Assembly (NCBI GenBank): GCA_964016885.1
Contig: OZ024740.1
Coordinates: 116,374,001-116,438,000 of the forward strand
DNA length: 64,000 bases
Reading direction: 5' to 3'
Source of the DNA: Eledone cirrhosa
Lineage: Eukaryota
The notes under the pieces: model-generated
Database searches by the model: none
Seen by the model: only the letters and a program-made list of their open reading frames with translations
What the model was told of the DNA's origin: nothing
Position numbers and translations under genes: made by a program
Shown here: positions 28,571 to 42,219 of the stretch, one piece after another
Position numbering within the stretch: position 1 is the stretch's first letter
Layout of the letters: the number at the start of each line of letters is the position of its first letter

Positions 28571-28776
28571 TAGTTATGTAATAAACAACATAAGATAATT
28601 ATTTCATTTACCAGTGGTTTCTTGAAGACAGATATTTATGTCTGTCTTCATTCATCAGAAGAAAATTTATTTATAAATAAATGTTCTTCTGATGAATGAA
28701 GACAGACATAAATATCTGTCTTCAAGAAACCACTGGTAAATGAAATAATTATCTTATGTTGTTTATTACATAACTA
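28571..28776. repeat. ~206-bp near-perfect palindrome with a hammerhead on each arm
   Basis: 103-bp arms with one mismatch and no spacer. Plus 28684-28744: TTCTT-CTGATGA-A-TGAAGACAGA..TCTGTCTTCA-A-GAAA-CCACTGGT-A-AATGAA. Confidence 0.85.
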
Positions 28777-28860
28777 AAAAGCTCTGTAGCCTACATAGAG
28801 CACTCTCTTTTCCTTTACGCTTCCTACGGAAATACTTCATATATATATATATATATATAT

Positions 28861-29043
28861 AAAGAGGTTGTGGTAAGATATCAGGTGGACCATAACGCAC
28901 CAGAGTACGAGATACTTGGAGTAGTAGAGCTGGTAATAAGAAAAGATTCAGGACCCCTACGGCTGAGCTCCGGCCGTTTCGACAGCTGGATCTAGCTGTC
29001 GAAACGGCCGGAGCTCTGCCGTCGGGGTCCTGAATCTTTTCAC
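28861..29043. mobile_element. Hairpin element family H, copy 4 (diverged subfamily)
   Basis: GAGCTCCGGCCGTTTCGACAGCTGG-AT-CTAGCTGTCGAAACGGCCGGAGCTC with the same long arm. Confidence 0.85.
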
Positions 29044-29045
29044 AT

Positions 29046-29109
<64 letters not shown>

Positions 29110-29171
29110 CATAGTAATAATAATAAATGTGAAGACTAATGAGTATATATATATGTATATATATATATATA

Positions 29172-29345
29172 TATTATTCAAAATATTAATAAATGGATAC
29201 ATTCACATAATCAAAATATATGTTTTATTATATATATTTCGGAGGTACTGTGCTGTTTTTCAGTACGTCCTCATCAGATAAAATACATAAATTGATGTAT
29301 GACATACCTCAACTGTGCTGATGGTTCAATACCAGTCTTGGCAGT
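29172..29345 (-). mobile_element. HHR-bearing element family L2, second copy; HHR at 29219-29289
   Basis: Reverse complement of 13440-13612. Confidence 0.8.
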
Positions 29346-30391
29346 GATTTATTACAACAAAACTCAGTATTTATATACCACAAGTAAAAATAAGACAAAC
29401 TAGATATGATGGAAAGGGACTAGTAGCGAGATATAAGTATTAGGAGTGTGTGAGAAGGAGAAAGTATAGAATAAATAAATAAATAAATAAATAAACACAT
29501 AAGTATATAAATGTTAAATATTTAAATATGTAAATATCCGTGATAGAGAAAAAGACAAAAGAGAGAGAGAGTGCTAAATCGAAGAGAAATGGGAAAAAGA
29601 TACAAAGATGAAGATAAAAAGAAGGGAGAGGGAGATAGAGATGATAGAATATATAACTGCATAAGGAAAAGATATAAAAAAGAAAGAGAGAAAAAAGAAG
29701 AAAGGGACATGATCCGTGACCGTTTTTTTTTTTTCAAATATTAAGTTAGGTAGAAGCGATCAATTAAATACCGTGAAGTTTTAATTTATTGTATTTGGTT
29801 ATATTTGAGCAAATTATACTATTATATTATATCAAAATTAAACAATATAAAATATTTTCAATGATAATCAGGAGCATAGTTAAAATAATAAATATATTCA
29901 ATATTTAGTTACAAAATTCAAAGTCTGAAATATTATTAAGTACCAATGATGTTTATAAATATAGTAAGTAAGTATGAGAGTAATTATCATCACTTAATTG
30001 CATATCAGCATCTGTATATGTATTTTATATAATGTTTAGAATTATAAATATTATAAACAATACTATTTAAATCAATAGTTGTCAATTACATATAGGATTA
30101 ATTATTAGTTATATTTACTCCTGAAAGTACTATTATTTCGATTCAACCAAATCTCATTGTATTCAATACTCTAGGTCAAGTTAAATATAAATTATTAATC
30201 AATTTGGATAAAACGAAAATTATACACGATAAATGTAAACAAAAGCTCCGTACAACATATCTAAACGTTTAAATTAACTAAAAGGTTTGAAAGCCTGAAG
30301 GTATTTCAGATCTCAAATTTAGAAAATTCAAGACATAAAATGAGGATTCAAAAACCAAACTAAAGGTATTTAGTCAATCAAGAGATTAACT

Positions 30392-30440
<49 letters not shown>

Positions 30441-30444
<4 letters not shown>

Positions 30445-31113
30445 TATGTATACGTACATACATATATGTATACAGACGTACAGTAGTATGCATATACATA
30501 CATACATGCACACATATATATATATATGTACGTATGGGTTTACCAAACATTTATTATAATGTTTGGTTTGTTTGTAAACAAACAGCCCGAATTAAGCCGT
30601 ACAGTGTTCGGCAACCATCGTTTCCCTTTTGTTCAACTCTGACAAAGGAACGATGAACTAGTTTCTAGCTAATTAGCAGTCATCAGCACCATATACCTTC
30701 CTATCAGTCGATTGAACGTTTGAAAGTATATACTTTCCTTATGCATATTAACGGCTGAGCAACCTAATTTGCATATCGAGTGAGTTAGTCGGCCGGGCGT
30801 ACCGAAAACGATAAAAGGAAAAAATGAAATTTCATTTCTCACTCTTAGTACGGCTGATACTTAATATAAGTATGTATACGTACATACATATATGTATACT
30901 GACGTACAGTAGTATGTTATACATACATGCACACATATATATATGTACGTATGGGTTTACCGAACTTTTATTATAATGTTCGGTTTGTTTGTAAACAAAC
31001 AGCCCGAATTAAGCTGTACAGTGTTCGGCAACCATCATTTCCCTTTTGTTCATGTCGGGCTGTTTGTTTACAAACAAACTGAACATTATAATAAATGTTC
31101 GGTAAACCCATAC

Positions 31114-31174
<61 letters not shown>

Positions 31175-31292
31175 CATGTATGTATGTATATACATACTAC
31201 TGTGCGTCTGTATACATATATGTACGTATACATACTTTTATTTAAGTATCAGCCGTACTAAGAGTGAGAAATGAAATTTCATTTTTTCCATT
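30441..31292 (-). mobile_element. Retrozyme-like element R2 (~426-bp unit, ~1.4 copies plus an inverted arm)
   Basis: Homologous to the 59-64 kb array unit. HHR on minus 30650-30692; octamer ATTTGCAT at 30767-30774; inverted copy ~31055-31292; TA flanks. Confidence 0.8.
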
Positions 31293-31669
31293 TATATATA
31301 TATACATATATATATATATATACTCATTAAAACAAACAGAAGGCCAGACTGGAAACTTTCTTCAAAACCTTAATTCCAAGTAAACACTATTTATATTTCA
31401 ATGGCCCAGTTTAATCATCCGATCATGATGCAAAACCTAGACGATTTCAACAGGTGTTGATTGCAGAATTAGTTATAGAAGATAACAGTGCTAGGGCGAA
31501 CACAAACAGAGAATAGAAAATAGAGGATAGATTTGGTTCCGGGATTGTTCCCTAGCCGTACATTACAGGGATGTACAGTGAGATACAGTGTGACAAGTTT
31601 GGCTTTTTGAATCACATGTGTAACTCATTTTTTTTTTCTAGCTAAGTAAATTCGAGCAATGTGAAATAA

Positions 31670-32535
31670 TTGTTTCTACTTTTGGCACAAGGCCAGCAAA
31701 TTACCCAGTGTATTACTGGTACTTTATTTTATCGACCCCGTAAGGATGAAAGACAAAGTTAACCTCGGCGGGATTTGAACTCAGACCATAAAGGGCCGTA
31801 ACACTTTGCTGCCAATCCACCGCCCTCAATGTGAAATAATTGTTTCTACTTTAGGCACAAGGCCAGAAAATACTCAGTGCATTACTGGTACTTTATTTTA
31901 TCGACCCCGTAAGGATGAAAGGCAAAGTCAACCTCGGCGGGATTTGAACTCAGATCGTAAAGGGACGTAACTATGCTGGAAAGCATGGCGTCCGACCCTC
32001 TACCGATACTGCCAATCCGTGAAATAATGTGCCCTGCTTCGTGATACAAAATACTATTTATAGTTTAAATAAGAGTAGTTGATTTATGGAGCCTTATGGA
32101 ATTTTAAATTTGAAGATATTGTCGCTATAATGCAGATAACCATAATAATAGTTGATAATCATTAATAATACTTGAACAAATCAGATAAAGTACCCCTAGT
32201 GACGGAAAAAGTGGATAGAGACGCCTGCGAGAAATCAAACAATACAACCATGACTCCATAGTTACTTCTAAGTACATAAACACTTAGATGTCTCTTCAGA
32301 CTATGTTCTAGGATTAATGGTTTCTTATATAGGCACAAGGCCAGCAATTTTGGGGGAGGGTAAATTCGATTAAATAGACTCCAGTGCATGACTAGTACTT
32401 TATATTATCGACCCCGTAAGGATGAAAGGCAAAGTTAAACTCGGTGGGATTTGAACTCAGATCATAAAGGGCCGTAACTCTATGCTGACAAATCATGGCC
32501 TCCGATCCTCTACCGATACTGCCAATCCACAGCCC
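31670..32535 (-). mobile_element. Three SINE A copies
   Basis: Near-identical to 8800-8990. Confidence 0.85.
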
Positions 32536-32856
32536 TTTCTGTTCTAGGATTAATGAAAACAAAGACGATTATAATTTTTTAGGTTCTAAAGAAATTGAAT
32601 AAGGACTGACATTTGAAGTTGGTTCTATTTAATGGTGGCTAAACTATGATTAAAAGATAAATATGTGTTTACATTTTTTAAAACACTGTTTTGAGGCAAA
32701 TATATAAATCCGGCGGGATATTCGATTTTTTTTTAATGAAAGCCTAGTGAGAACCGAACCCATAACTCTTTTGTTAACGTCTCGGTGTAATCACAGCTGT
32801 AATAGAATAGTAACTTGTTTAGGGTAAATAGGAGTTTGTGATTGTATTACACGCCA

Positions 32857-32911
<55 letters not shown>

Positions 32912-32983
32912 GTGTGTGTGTGTGTGTTTGTGTAAATGTGTATATATATATATATACATATATGTATATATGTATGTATATAT

Positions 32984-33028
<45 letters not shown>

Positions 33029-33695
33029 CTTATTACATAAGTAATTGCTGAATCCAAATCTTCCGAATAACGAACAAGCTATAGAGAAATCCTTCCAGAT
33101 ACGAAAGGCCCATGTGTAATATGAACACAGCATCATGAAATATAATTGGTAATCCGATATGTCAGTAGTGATTCAAATAGCAGCTTATATAAAATATTAT
33201 AAAACCATATATGATTTCTTAACCAAAGCTATTTGGTTCACATCATTCCTCAATCACTTCTATCGAGTAAAGCAAATAATAAATCCACGGTTATTTAACC
33301 TTTAATGTCCTGTATCATTGGGACCACATTGGTAAGACAATCTTAAAAGGTACACAATAGTACAATGGCTACATCACATTAAAATTTAAAGCCCATACTC
33401 TTATACAGCAAATGTTCATAACAATCTGTCCACCTGTGATGATATTGTAAACATTTGAATTAACAAACCACATAAATCTGTATTAAAAAGCCATTCTCGA
33501 GAAATACAAAACATTACAATAACTACATTAAAAATTAACGCCTCTAGTATAATATTTCATGATTTTTGCAATGATCTGTTCGCTGGTAAAGATACTATGA
33601 ACATTTGATTTAACACACCACGTGAAACAACATTAGCGAAACATTCTGCATCACATTAAAATCAATAATGCAATTTATCCACCAGTAAATAGAGT

Positions 33696-34025
33696 GTACC
33701 CCCCCCCCCCCGCTCCCAGCATTCGCAGTCCCGGTTATTCGCGGAATTTTCCTTAGAACCTAACTAATAATTGTTCGCAGAAACCACCACATATTCGCAG
33801 AATCGTAAATATCTTCCGAAATTGTTTTATGGCTTTTTTCGCGGCAATATATATTTGTTCACGTTTTTTAACAATAAATGATTAATAACAATACAGTATA
33901 CCGTATTTGCCGGCCTATGTTTTACGTTGTTCTGATGTTTATAGGCATTTTTATGGACCACGTCCAATATTCGCGGTTTTTCACTCTTCGTGGGTAGCCT
34001 AGGAACGTAACCCCCGCGAATACCG
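33696..34025. mobile_element. Tigger/pogo-like MITE remnant
   Basis: Ends ACCCCC..ATTCGC and GGAACGTAACCCCCGCGAATACCG, with internal ATTCGCGG repeats typical of Tigger-type termini. Confidence 0.55.
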
Positions 34026-34201
34026 TTTCAGATTTTAGATATTCTCTGATAAATCATTACACGATGTTAGGAGTTAAACTCTGACTGGCTTCGCGTTGGT
34101 CACATTATTTCTCGCCATGTCTTCGCTGTTGTGGGTGGTAATTCACTGATCAGTAGTACGGTTCCTCCGAGCGTGCCCATTCATGTGTGCCCGGGGTGAC
34201 A

Positions 34202-34261
<60 letters not shown>

Positions 34262-34264
<3 letters not shown>

Positions 34265-34380
34265 GAGGGTCGACTGAAAAGTTAATAGGCTTACCATGAA
34301 GGAGTGATTCTAGAACTGTGATATCTTGCATACATTAATTTCAACTCTTCTTATTAATAACTGCATTGTTTCTTTCCATG
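34262..34380 (+). mobile_element. Mariner-type terminal inverted repeat fragment
   Basis: TA-CGAGGGTCGACTGAAAAGT resembles CGAGGG-type mariner TIRs. No partner end found. Confidence 0.45.
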
Positions 34381-34439
34381 ATTTGATGCAAGCATGCCCA
34401 GAAGATTTCTATCTTTGAATTTAGGTACACATCCGGTGA

Positions 34440-35330
34440 GTATAGATAACATGATACTGCAAATAAGGAACACACAGACACACAACTTCTTACATCTCAG
34501 ATCTTAAAATCGGTGAAGCCCCAATAAAGACACAAATTTTAAATGAATATTATTTCCGTGTTATATCATAGGGTATTCCCTTTTCTTTTAGTTGCCAGGC
34601 TCTTTTTGCCAGTGCTGTGGTGGTTTTCATGCTGGGGTGTCTAAATTAGGAAAAGTGCAGGTAGAACCTTTGTTTAAAATGGTCCCGGACTATACCTATA
34701 TATTTTTCGCGGGTTTCTGGATTTTTGCGTGCATGATCTCTGCTTCGTAAATTATGGATTTAACATTACAGTTTTACTGTAATGGGCAGACATCTTTCTT
34801 TCTGCAAGAGCATCCTGGATGTTCCTGTGGTTTGTTCTTTGCAGTTATTTTCGATTTCAAGCATAGGAAATTCTCATTGAACGACGATTGAAGGACTTAC
34901 TCTATCTGTGTTGAGGCGTAAAATGCTTATCTATAAGGTCTAAGAATTTCTTACCTATATTAGTTTTTACATTAAGTGAGAAATGAGGTGCGAACCAGAT
35001 TATTTTTTTTCTTCTATTGTTGTTTCTAAGTGGGTAGTTATTAGGAATGTATTTGATCTGTTCTTTAAATCCGCTATCTCAGAGGCCCTTGTAGTACGGC
35101 GCTGCTCTCTGCTGGACGATAAGTTCGAGATCCTGCGGCTAATATTGGGTACTAGATTTTTAAACACCGTGGGTATGTGGCATGATCCTCTGTTGGTGTA
35201 TTTCAGAATCTCGTTCAGTTTGTCATATGGTTTATATGTGCCTGTTATTAGGTCTAGGCTGACGTCGCGTAAGTTTGCGCTGGTGGTGCTATTAAGTTAG
35301 ATATGGCCTTGGCCAACACTGGGCAAAACC
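34440..35330 (-). pseudogene. Decayed Penelope-like retroelement ORF (RT C-terminus plus GIY-YIG endonuclease)
   Basis: Minus-strand segments across frameshifts: DVSLDLITGTYKPYDK; GSCHIPTVFKNLVPNISRRISNLSS; WFAPHFSLNVK..NIGKKFLDLIDKHF; VCPLQ*NCNVKSIIYEAEI; KYIGIVRDHFKQRFYLHFS*FRHPSMKTTTALAKRAWQLK. Confidence 0.88.
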
Positions 35331-36164
35331 TATGAAAGGTATCAAATTGATGTATATAATGTATTCTAACACTTTGCTTTTTAAGGATACCATTAATTGT
35401 GAAGTGCCAAACGTGGAATCCCACATCAGTAACCGGATCCACATATAAGCATTGAGTGCACAAATTGGTGAACCATCAGTGACTAAACATTACATACATA
35501 TGTTCTTTATTTTACGTTAGAGAAAGAGGGAGATTTTCGAACGACATGCGTTTATAAGATATATTTCATAGGAAATTACTTTCTATGCTAGCAGTAGCCA
35601 AGAGTATTGTCGCCGATCAATCGATTGAACCTCGTGGTTATGAAGCAAATTCCTTAACTATTCGGCCGTACTTGTGTCCGCCTTTCATATTACTCATCGA
35701 CTAATATGTCAACAAATGACGAAATTTCAATTTAACTGTTCTATATTATATAAGATATTTGCATTATTTCACATTTATTGTTTAGTCACCTTGCATGTCC
35801 TTTTTTCGGTTTAGATAGGAAGGTTGTAATACAAGCTTCTATTTCGCTCGATTACAACATAATTGATAGAATACTACAAAATAGAAATATGCAAGTCATG
35901 GATAGAATCTTTCAAATATGTTGTTTTTTATGCAGTAATTTACGCTCAGGTAGTTTTTTTAAATTGAGCAACGTAAATTTATATATAAAAAATTATGTGA
36001 GAATACACAAAGACATGTTCTTTCGTATGAATCTTCCTACTGTACATCTTACATGAAGGTGTGTATGTGTGTGTGCGCGTGCGCGCGTGTGTGTGTCTAT
36101 ATGTGTGTTTTGTATTTGTATGCATGCATGTGTTGTGTGTATGTGTTTGTGTTTGCTTGTGTAT

Positions 36165-36445
36165 CGTGGCTTAATGGTTAGGCTTTTCGGCTCACGATTA
36201 TGAGTTCGATTCCCCTACAACACGTTGTATTCTTAAGCAATACCCTTTATTTTACGTTGCTCCCGTTCAGTCAGCTAGCAAAGATTAGTTGTACCTGTAA
36301 ATTCATAGGGTCAGTTTTGTCACATACTGTGTCACGCTGAATCTGCATAAGTTCGAGTTTGTGAAATACTCAACCATTTGCACGTTAATCTCATGAGCAA
36401 GCTGTTCTAGAACACTCGTCATAGGAACTGACGGAGGTCCAACAC
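36165..36445 (+). mobile_element. tRNA-derived SINE family B
   Basis: Head CGTGGCTTAATGGTTAGG..GAGTTCGATTCCC. Body shared with 42220-42495. Confidence 0.7.
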
Positions 36446-36534
36446 ACAAGTCACAATTAACAGTTTGTGTGTCCATAACTGATTAATTATTCTAACGTTT
36501 GAAATGTATCATTTTGTATTCAATGTAAGGGCAT

Positions 36535-36765
36535 GTCACTACAAGCAATTCTTATTGCCTTGGATTCTCTTGGCAACTTGGAGCTGCAATTTCAGCTGTC
36601 TTTGCAGTCACGTATTACTACTAGCAACGTTTATTGTCTTAAATTCTTTTAGCAACTTTGAGCTATAATTTCTATTGCCTGTATTTGTAACTTGTTACTA
36701 CGAGCAACTCTTATTGCTTTGAATTATTATGGCAACTTGGAGCTACAATTTCAGTTGCCTGTATC
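36535..36765. repeat. Three degenerate ~80-95-bp tandem units
   Basis: TACTA..GCAA..TTATTG..TT..ATT....GCAACTT(G/T)GAGCT..AATTTC occurs three times. Confidence 0.7.
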
Positions 36766-37321
36766 TGACACCATTGTTGTCGTTGATGCTGGTGCTGCTG
36801 ATAGTAATGTTAATAACACTATTGTTATTAATATTGCTGTTGTTGCAGTTGCTGCTGTTGTTGTTGCTACTCCTGCTGCTGTAGTTGTTGTTGTTTTAGT
36901 AGTTATAAATGAAAGTACGTTTCTAGTTCGTCCATTGAACGAGTTGTTGCTTAGGTAAAGAGAAGAATAAAGCAGGTTTACAAACCTTCGCTAATATTGT
37001 GTTCCCTTTCTTGGCTAAATGAGCTTCAAATATGAACTGCTGTTGATTACAGCTAAAGGAGAGAGTAAAACAAGGGTGCTTAGACCTTCTCTGATATAGC
37101 GTTTCCTTCTCTTGCTAAAAGAGCTTGAAATATAACGTCAGAACAATATTGTCTTACATTCTAACTGTTATTTTCCATCTCTGACGTCTGAAACACCTTC
37201 CACGTTGTGAAAACAATTAACAATAATGATTTATTAAAAAAAAATTTCAATGATCTACAACATATGTAGTGTGAAGCTGGAGTGGTGAGGAAAGACAGAG
37301 ATGTTTTAGGTGCCGCCTCAC

Positions 37322-37373
<52 letters not shown>

Positions 37374-37496
37374 TCTTTATTAAACACAAGGGTTTACATA
37401 AAGTAGACATTAAGGACAGTACAGGACAATACAGGACGGTACAAATGGGCATTCCTGCGTGTAAAAAACAAAAACAGAGGATGTAATAAAAATAAC

Positions 37497-37557
<61 letters not shown>

Positions 37558-37606
37558 CTTTCTTATATAGGCACAAGGCCAGCAATTTTGAGGGAAGGGA
37601 AAGGCG

Positions 37607-37656
<50 letters not shown>

Positions 37657-37784
37657 CAGGTTGATGATGATGATAATCATCATCATCATTATGAGGATGG
37701 CCATGATGATAATGATGTTCAAATGTCATGATCGTGATGACAACAACAATAATAAAAGTGATGATGATGATGATGATAAGACTA

Positions 37785-37860
<76 letters not shown>

Positions 37861-38766
37861 GTACTGGTATTTTTATCAACAACACAACACAAAAAACAAC
37901 CGAGAGAACGTTACAAAACAATATTGTAATATTTCTAATAGTTGCAGAAACATCTGGAAAATATTGTATAGATGTTTAGAAAATGTTGAGAAGTGAAGAA
38001 AAGAGAGAAAGGGGAAGAGAGAAAGGAAGAAAGAGAATGGGGAGGATAGAAGGACGGGGTGTCTTAATACTAAAGTAGGACTTGGCTGTTGATATTATGT
38101 TACATTATGTTTCAGTTTCATATCTCAGTCTTGCATCAAATATTGATATCAAAATGACTGTGAAAAGGAATGTTAATATATTTCTATTAAACTATTATAA
38201 TAGGTATATGGATTAAGTATGGCCGAATGTTTGAGAAGTTCACTTCACATTCACTAGATTACGAGTTCGATACTACTGCGTGATATCTTAAGCGAGTGTC
38301 TTGTACCATAGTTTCGGGTGAACCCCTGCTTCTTGAGTGAATATCAGTTGACGAAAACTGTTTAGAACCCTGTCCCATAGTAGTCAGTAGTTTGCACGCT
38401 AATTTCACGAGTAGGCTATTCTGTTGATCGAACAATTAGAGGACTCGTCGTCGAAAAAGGAGACAGGAATTCATGGATGACTGCTCAACTTCCACAAAAA
38501 CACTTTACCCAAGCATGCACTTTGGAGACGAATTTGCCAAGGACAAACACATGATCACTCTATATAATACGAAAGAAAGCGATAAATTGATATGAGAAAG
38601 AATGCACTGTAGTGTATAAGTTCTGGTTCTCTGTATGGTGGGTTGAAATTTCACTAAAGCCTACTTTACCTTTCATCTTTTGGGGATCGATGAATGAAGT
38701 ACCAGTTCAGTACTGGGTCGATTCTTTCAAACTGGAGCACAATCATATGTGTGTGTGTATGTGTGT

Positions 38767-38888
<122 letters not shown>

Positions 38889-39103
38889 ACCAGTAATTCC
38901 TTGTAGAATCGTAGGGGGGCCGTAGTAACCTATGGGATGCCGTGGGCATTTAAAACACTGCCGATTACGTCTAGAGAAGAGAGAATGATAGTGAAGAAGT
39001 GAGAAAGGGATATAGAGGAAAAATCGACCCACAGTACTGGACTGGTACATTTTTATCGACCACGAAAGGAGGAAAAGCAAAGTTGACCTCCGTTGGCTTT
39101 GAA

Positions 39104-39145
<42 letters not shown>

Positions 39146-39307
39146 AGAAAAAAAAGAGAATCAATGTTGCGACGAATGGAATTTATTGGACATATTACAA
39201 TCGTTTCTCTGGCGACCAGCTCGAGGCACGATCGATGTGATGATCGAACCTGACTCTGAAAATCGCAAGGTCCTCAGATACGTCTTGATTTACGAAGCAG
39301 ATTTTCC

Positions 39308-39346
<39 letters not shown>

Positions 39347-39353
<7 letters not shown>

Positions 39354-39665
39354 GTGAGGTTTTTTTACAAAATGAAAAATAACCGAGGTGTCCTACACGA
39401 GTGAAAGTATAAAGAAAAAAAGATGAAATCGAAAATGCAACTGGAGTCTTATTTTTTAAAATATATATATATTTATTTGGTTCCTTTACCGGTTTCCTTT
39501 ACCGGTCTGTGGTTTTTCTCACATGATGTGAGAAAAACCACAGACCCTCCATCTCAACTCTACTTTTGAAAAGCAGAAGAACTGCGAAACCAGTAAAGGA
39601 ACCAAATAAATATATATATATTTTTAAAAATAAGTCTCCAGTTGCATTTTCGATTTCATCTTTTT
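39347..39665. mobile_element. Family U element with divergent arms and a central hairpin; HHR at 39561-39600 (+)
   Basis: The left arm is the reverse complement of the right. Central hairpin GGTCTGTGGTTTTTCTCACAT-G-ATGTGAGAAAAACCACAGACC. Core TTGAAAA. Confidence 0.75.
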
Positions 39666-39689
39666 TTATATATATATGTATATATATAT

Positions 39690-40258
39690 AATCAACGGTA
39701 GCACTAACAGTGTTTAAGCATAAGAGAGGTGTATATGGAGACATGTAGAAACATATATAATACGTTTATATGCAATAAACTTATGGTTAGCTTCGCAACC
39801 GAAGAAAAATATTTTTCCGTAACGAAACGAAAACGAAACAAAGATATTTCTGTTTTTCTCTATTTTCTATATGAATATATCAAACATTTGCCAGTATATT
39901 CTGATAGTGTTAGACGACGATGTTTCAAGATTTGTTAATCTTTCATCAGTGACACTCACTCAAAATATACAGGCATAGAATAGACTATAGTCTATATAGA
40001 ATTTTGCATGATGATCACTTGCTGCAGATGATCATTTATATATAGCAAATAGAAATCACCGACTGAAAGTAGTCATTTGTGTATAGTGCAAGCTTGGCTG
40101 GTTATATTTAATTGGCTGTATCATTTAGACAGAGTTTAAGCATAATAGAGGTGTATATGAAGACTTATATAAACATATAGAATACGTTTATATACAATAA
40201 ACACATGTGTAGCCTCACTGCCGAAAAAATATTTTTCGTAACGAAACGAAAACGATTA
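39690..40258 (-). mobile_element. Retrozyme-like element R4 (~422-bp unit, ~1.3 copies)
   Basis: Direct repeat at 39712/40134. Minus HHR 39906-39956: AGTGTCA-CTGATGA-AAGATT aaca AATCTT-GAAAC..GTC-TAACACT. Near-octamer TTTTGCAT at ~40002. TA flanks. Confidence 0.65.
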
Positions 40259-40282
40259 TATATAAATATATATATATATATT

Positions 40283-40318
<36 letters not shown>

Positions 40319-41131
40319 GAAAATATGGTTTGAAAAATGCAATGATTCCTATTGCCTTAGACGGAAACCATGGCCTGAGGTTCGTTAGGTTCGTTGGCTA
40401 TTTCTTTCCGTTCGTTGGCTATTTCTCTCCCCCATCCTTTCTTCTTTAGTTCTTTCTCTCTCTCCGCTACCCTTCCCTTCTTCTTCATGCTGCTTCTTTT
40501 CTTCTCTTTCCCCGTTCTCCTACCTGTCGATCTTTCTTGTCACTTCTGCTTGCTGCCATTTCCGCTGCACCAGGGCTTGTTATCCTTTTTAGCGGCGATT
40601 TGGTGTCGAATGGGCGCATCCTACTTCTCTCTTTCCGATCTGTCTGTCTGTCTATCTATTTTGTTCATTTTATCACGCATACATCATACCAGCAGAAATA
40701 TTTATTTTCTGTTGTACGAGCCAACAATTTTATGTGGTACTCTCAAGTTAAATCGTGCGAAACTACATCCGGTATGAGAGCTGAAGAGGTCAGATGAGGT
40801 TTATGTGATTTTGTCTCGTTCATTTTCTTCTTTGGCTCCCCTCTTCCTATCACTTCTGCGGGCGAACACATTTCTAGCCGCTGATTTCTTTCCTTTGAGG
40901 TTTTAACAGTTTATTTTTGTGCTGAGTTTCTCTCATTATTCTACGAATATATATGTGGGGGGTGGGTATATAGTAAAAATGCTGACGAAAGAAACGAAAT
41001 GCGTCTAAGCTCCTCATCAGCCACATCCTGGACAATGCAATTTCGTACATATATATATGGAGGGGGGTGTATCTGTATGTATCCGTGTGTATGTGTGTGT
41101 GTGTGTGTGTGTGTATGTGTGTGTGTGTGTG

Positions 41132-41240
<109 letters not shown>

Positions 41241-42219
41241 ATACGTGTTAGACTCAAATGTTAGACTCGCAATTCACATGTCAGGCCATCATTCGAATCT
41301 CAGAACTACCACTTAAATTTTAGGCCCACTACCCAAATATTAGACCACCACCACCTCCATCACTCAAATGTTAGGTCAGCACTCAAAAGTTACATATAAT
41401 CCCTATTTAGTTGGTCTATTTTAACTTTTTGTGAAATCTTTAGGTGTGTCTATCATTTATTAAAATATTTATTCAGTGTAGCTTGTTGTTCCTTGTTGAG
41501 ACAAGTAGTCTGTTTGTCATAGAGAGTCTATCATAGTTTCACATAATAAAATATCTTAGTGTCATTTCTAATGCTTACTTTGCACATCACTTGTTGCTTT
41601 TTATTTTCATAATACAACTATTTTTTATGCTCCTTTTATCGCTGATATATAAATACTTTTAATATCTTTCTGTGAAGACATAAAAACATCCTGGAAGATT
41701 TATTCAGATTTAAGCATGGCCCTGGTAAGAAATAACATAATTTTATGATTAGTCATTTGGCTGTGTTTACATCGAAAGTAGATAATTACTTGTGAATTTA
41801 GCGTCCATTACACACATGTACAATGTGGACCAGATCTATAGGGCGTCACCCACCTGTTATACAAATGTTTACTCATATCACTACAACCATAAGTCTTACT
41901 ACATTTACAGTGTCCGCTGTTTCTTTTTTTTTTTCTTTTTTTTTCTTTTTACTGTTTAGTCATGCAGGGGAAGACACTGCACATGACCTTTTTGCGGGCC
42001 CTCCGAGATTAATGAGAGAGAAGAGGGAAAATATCCTCAAATCAGAGGCCTAGTCCGTATACTTGCGTCTCTCTAGACTTCAGTAATGGCACACAAGAGC
42101 CAGATAGTGGGTTAAACCGGGTGACTTGTTAACCCTGCCACACAATAGCTACTTCTCAGAATTAGTCAATGTGAATTAAATCCACTAACGCATCCAACTC
42201 TACTGTTTTTAGTGTAAAG

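Noticed and set aside
39155-39310. TA-flanked insert with a partial HHR 3' half (CTGG/CCAG-A-GAAACGATTGTA on minus)
   Set aside because: Single copy, core missing and no palindrome, so support is insufficient.
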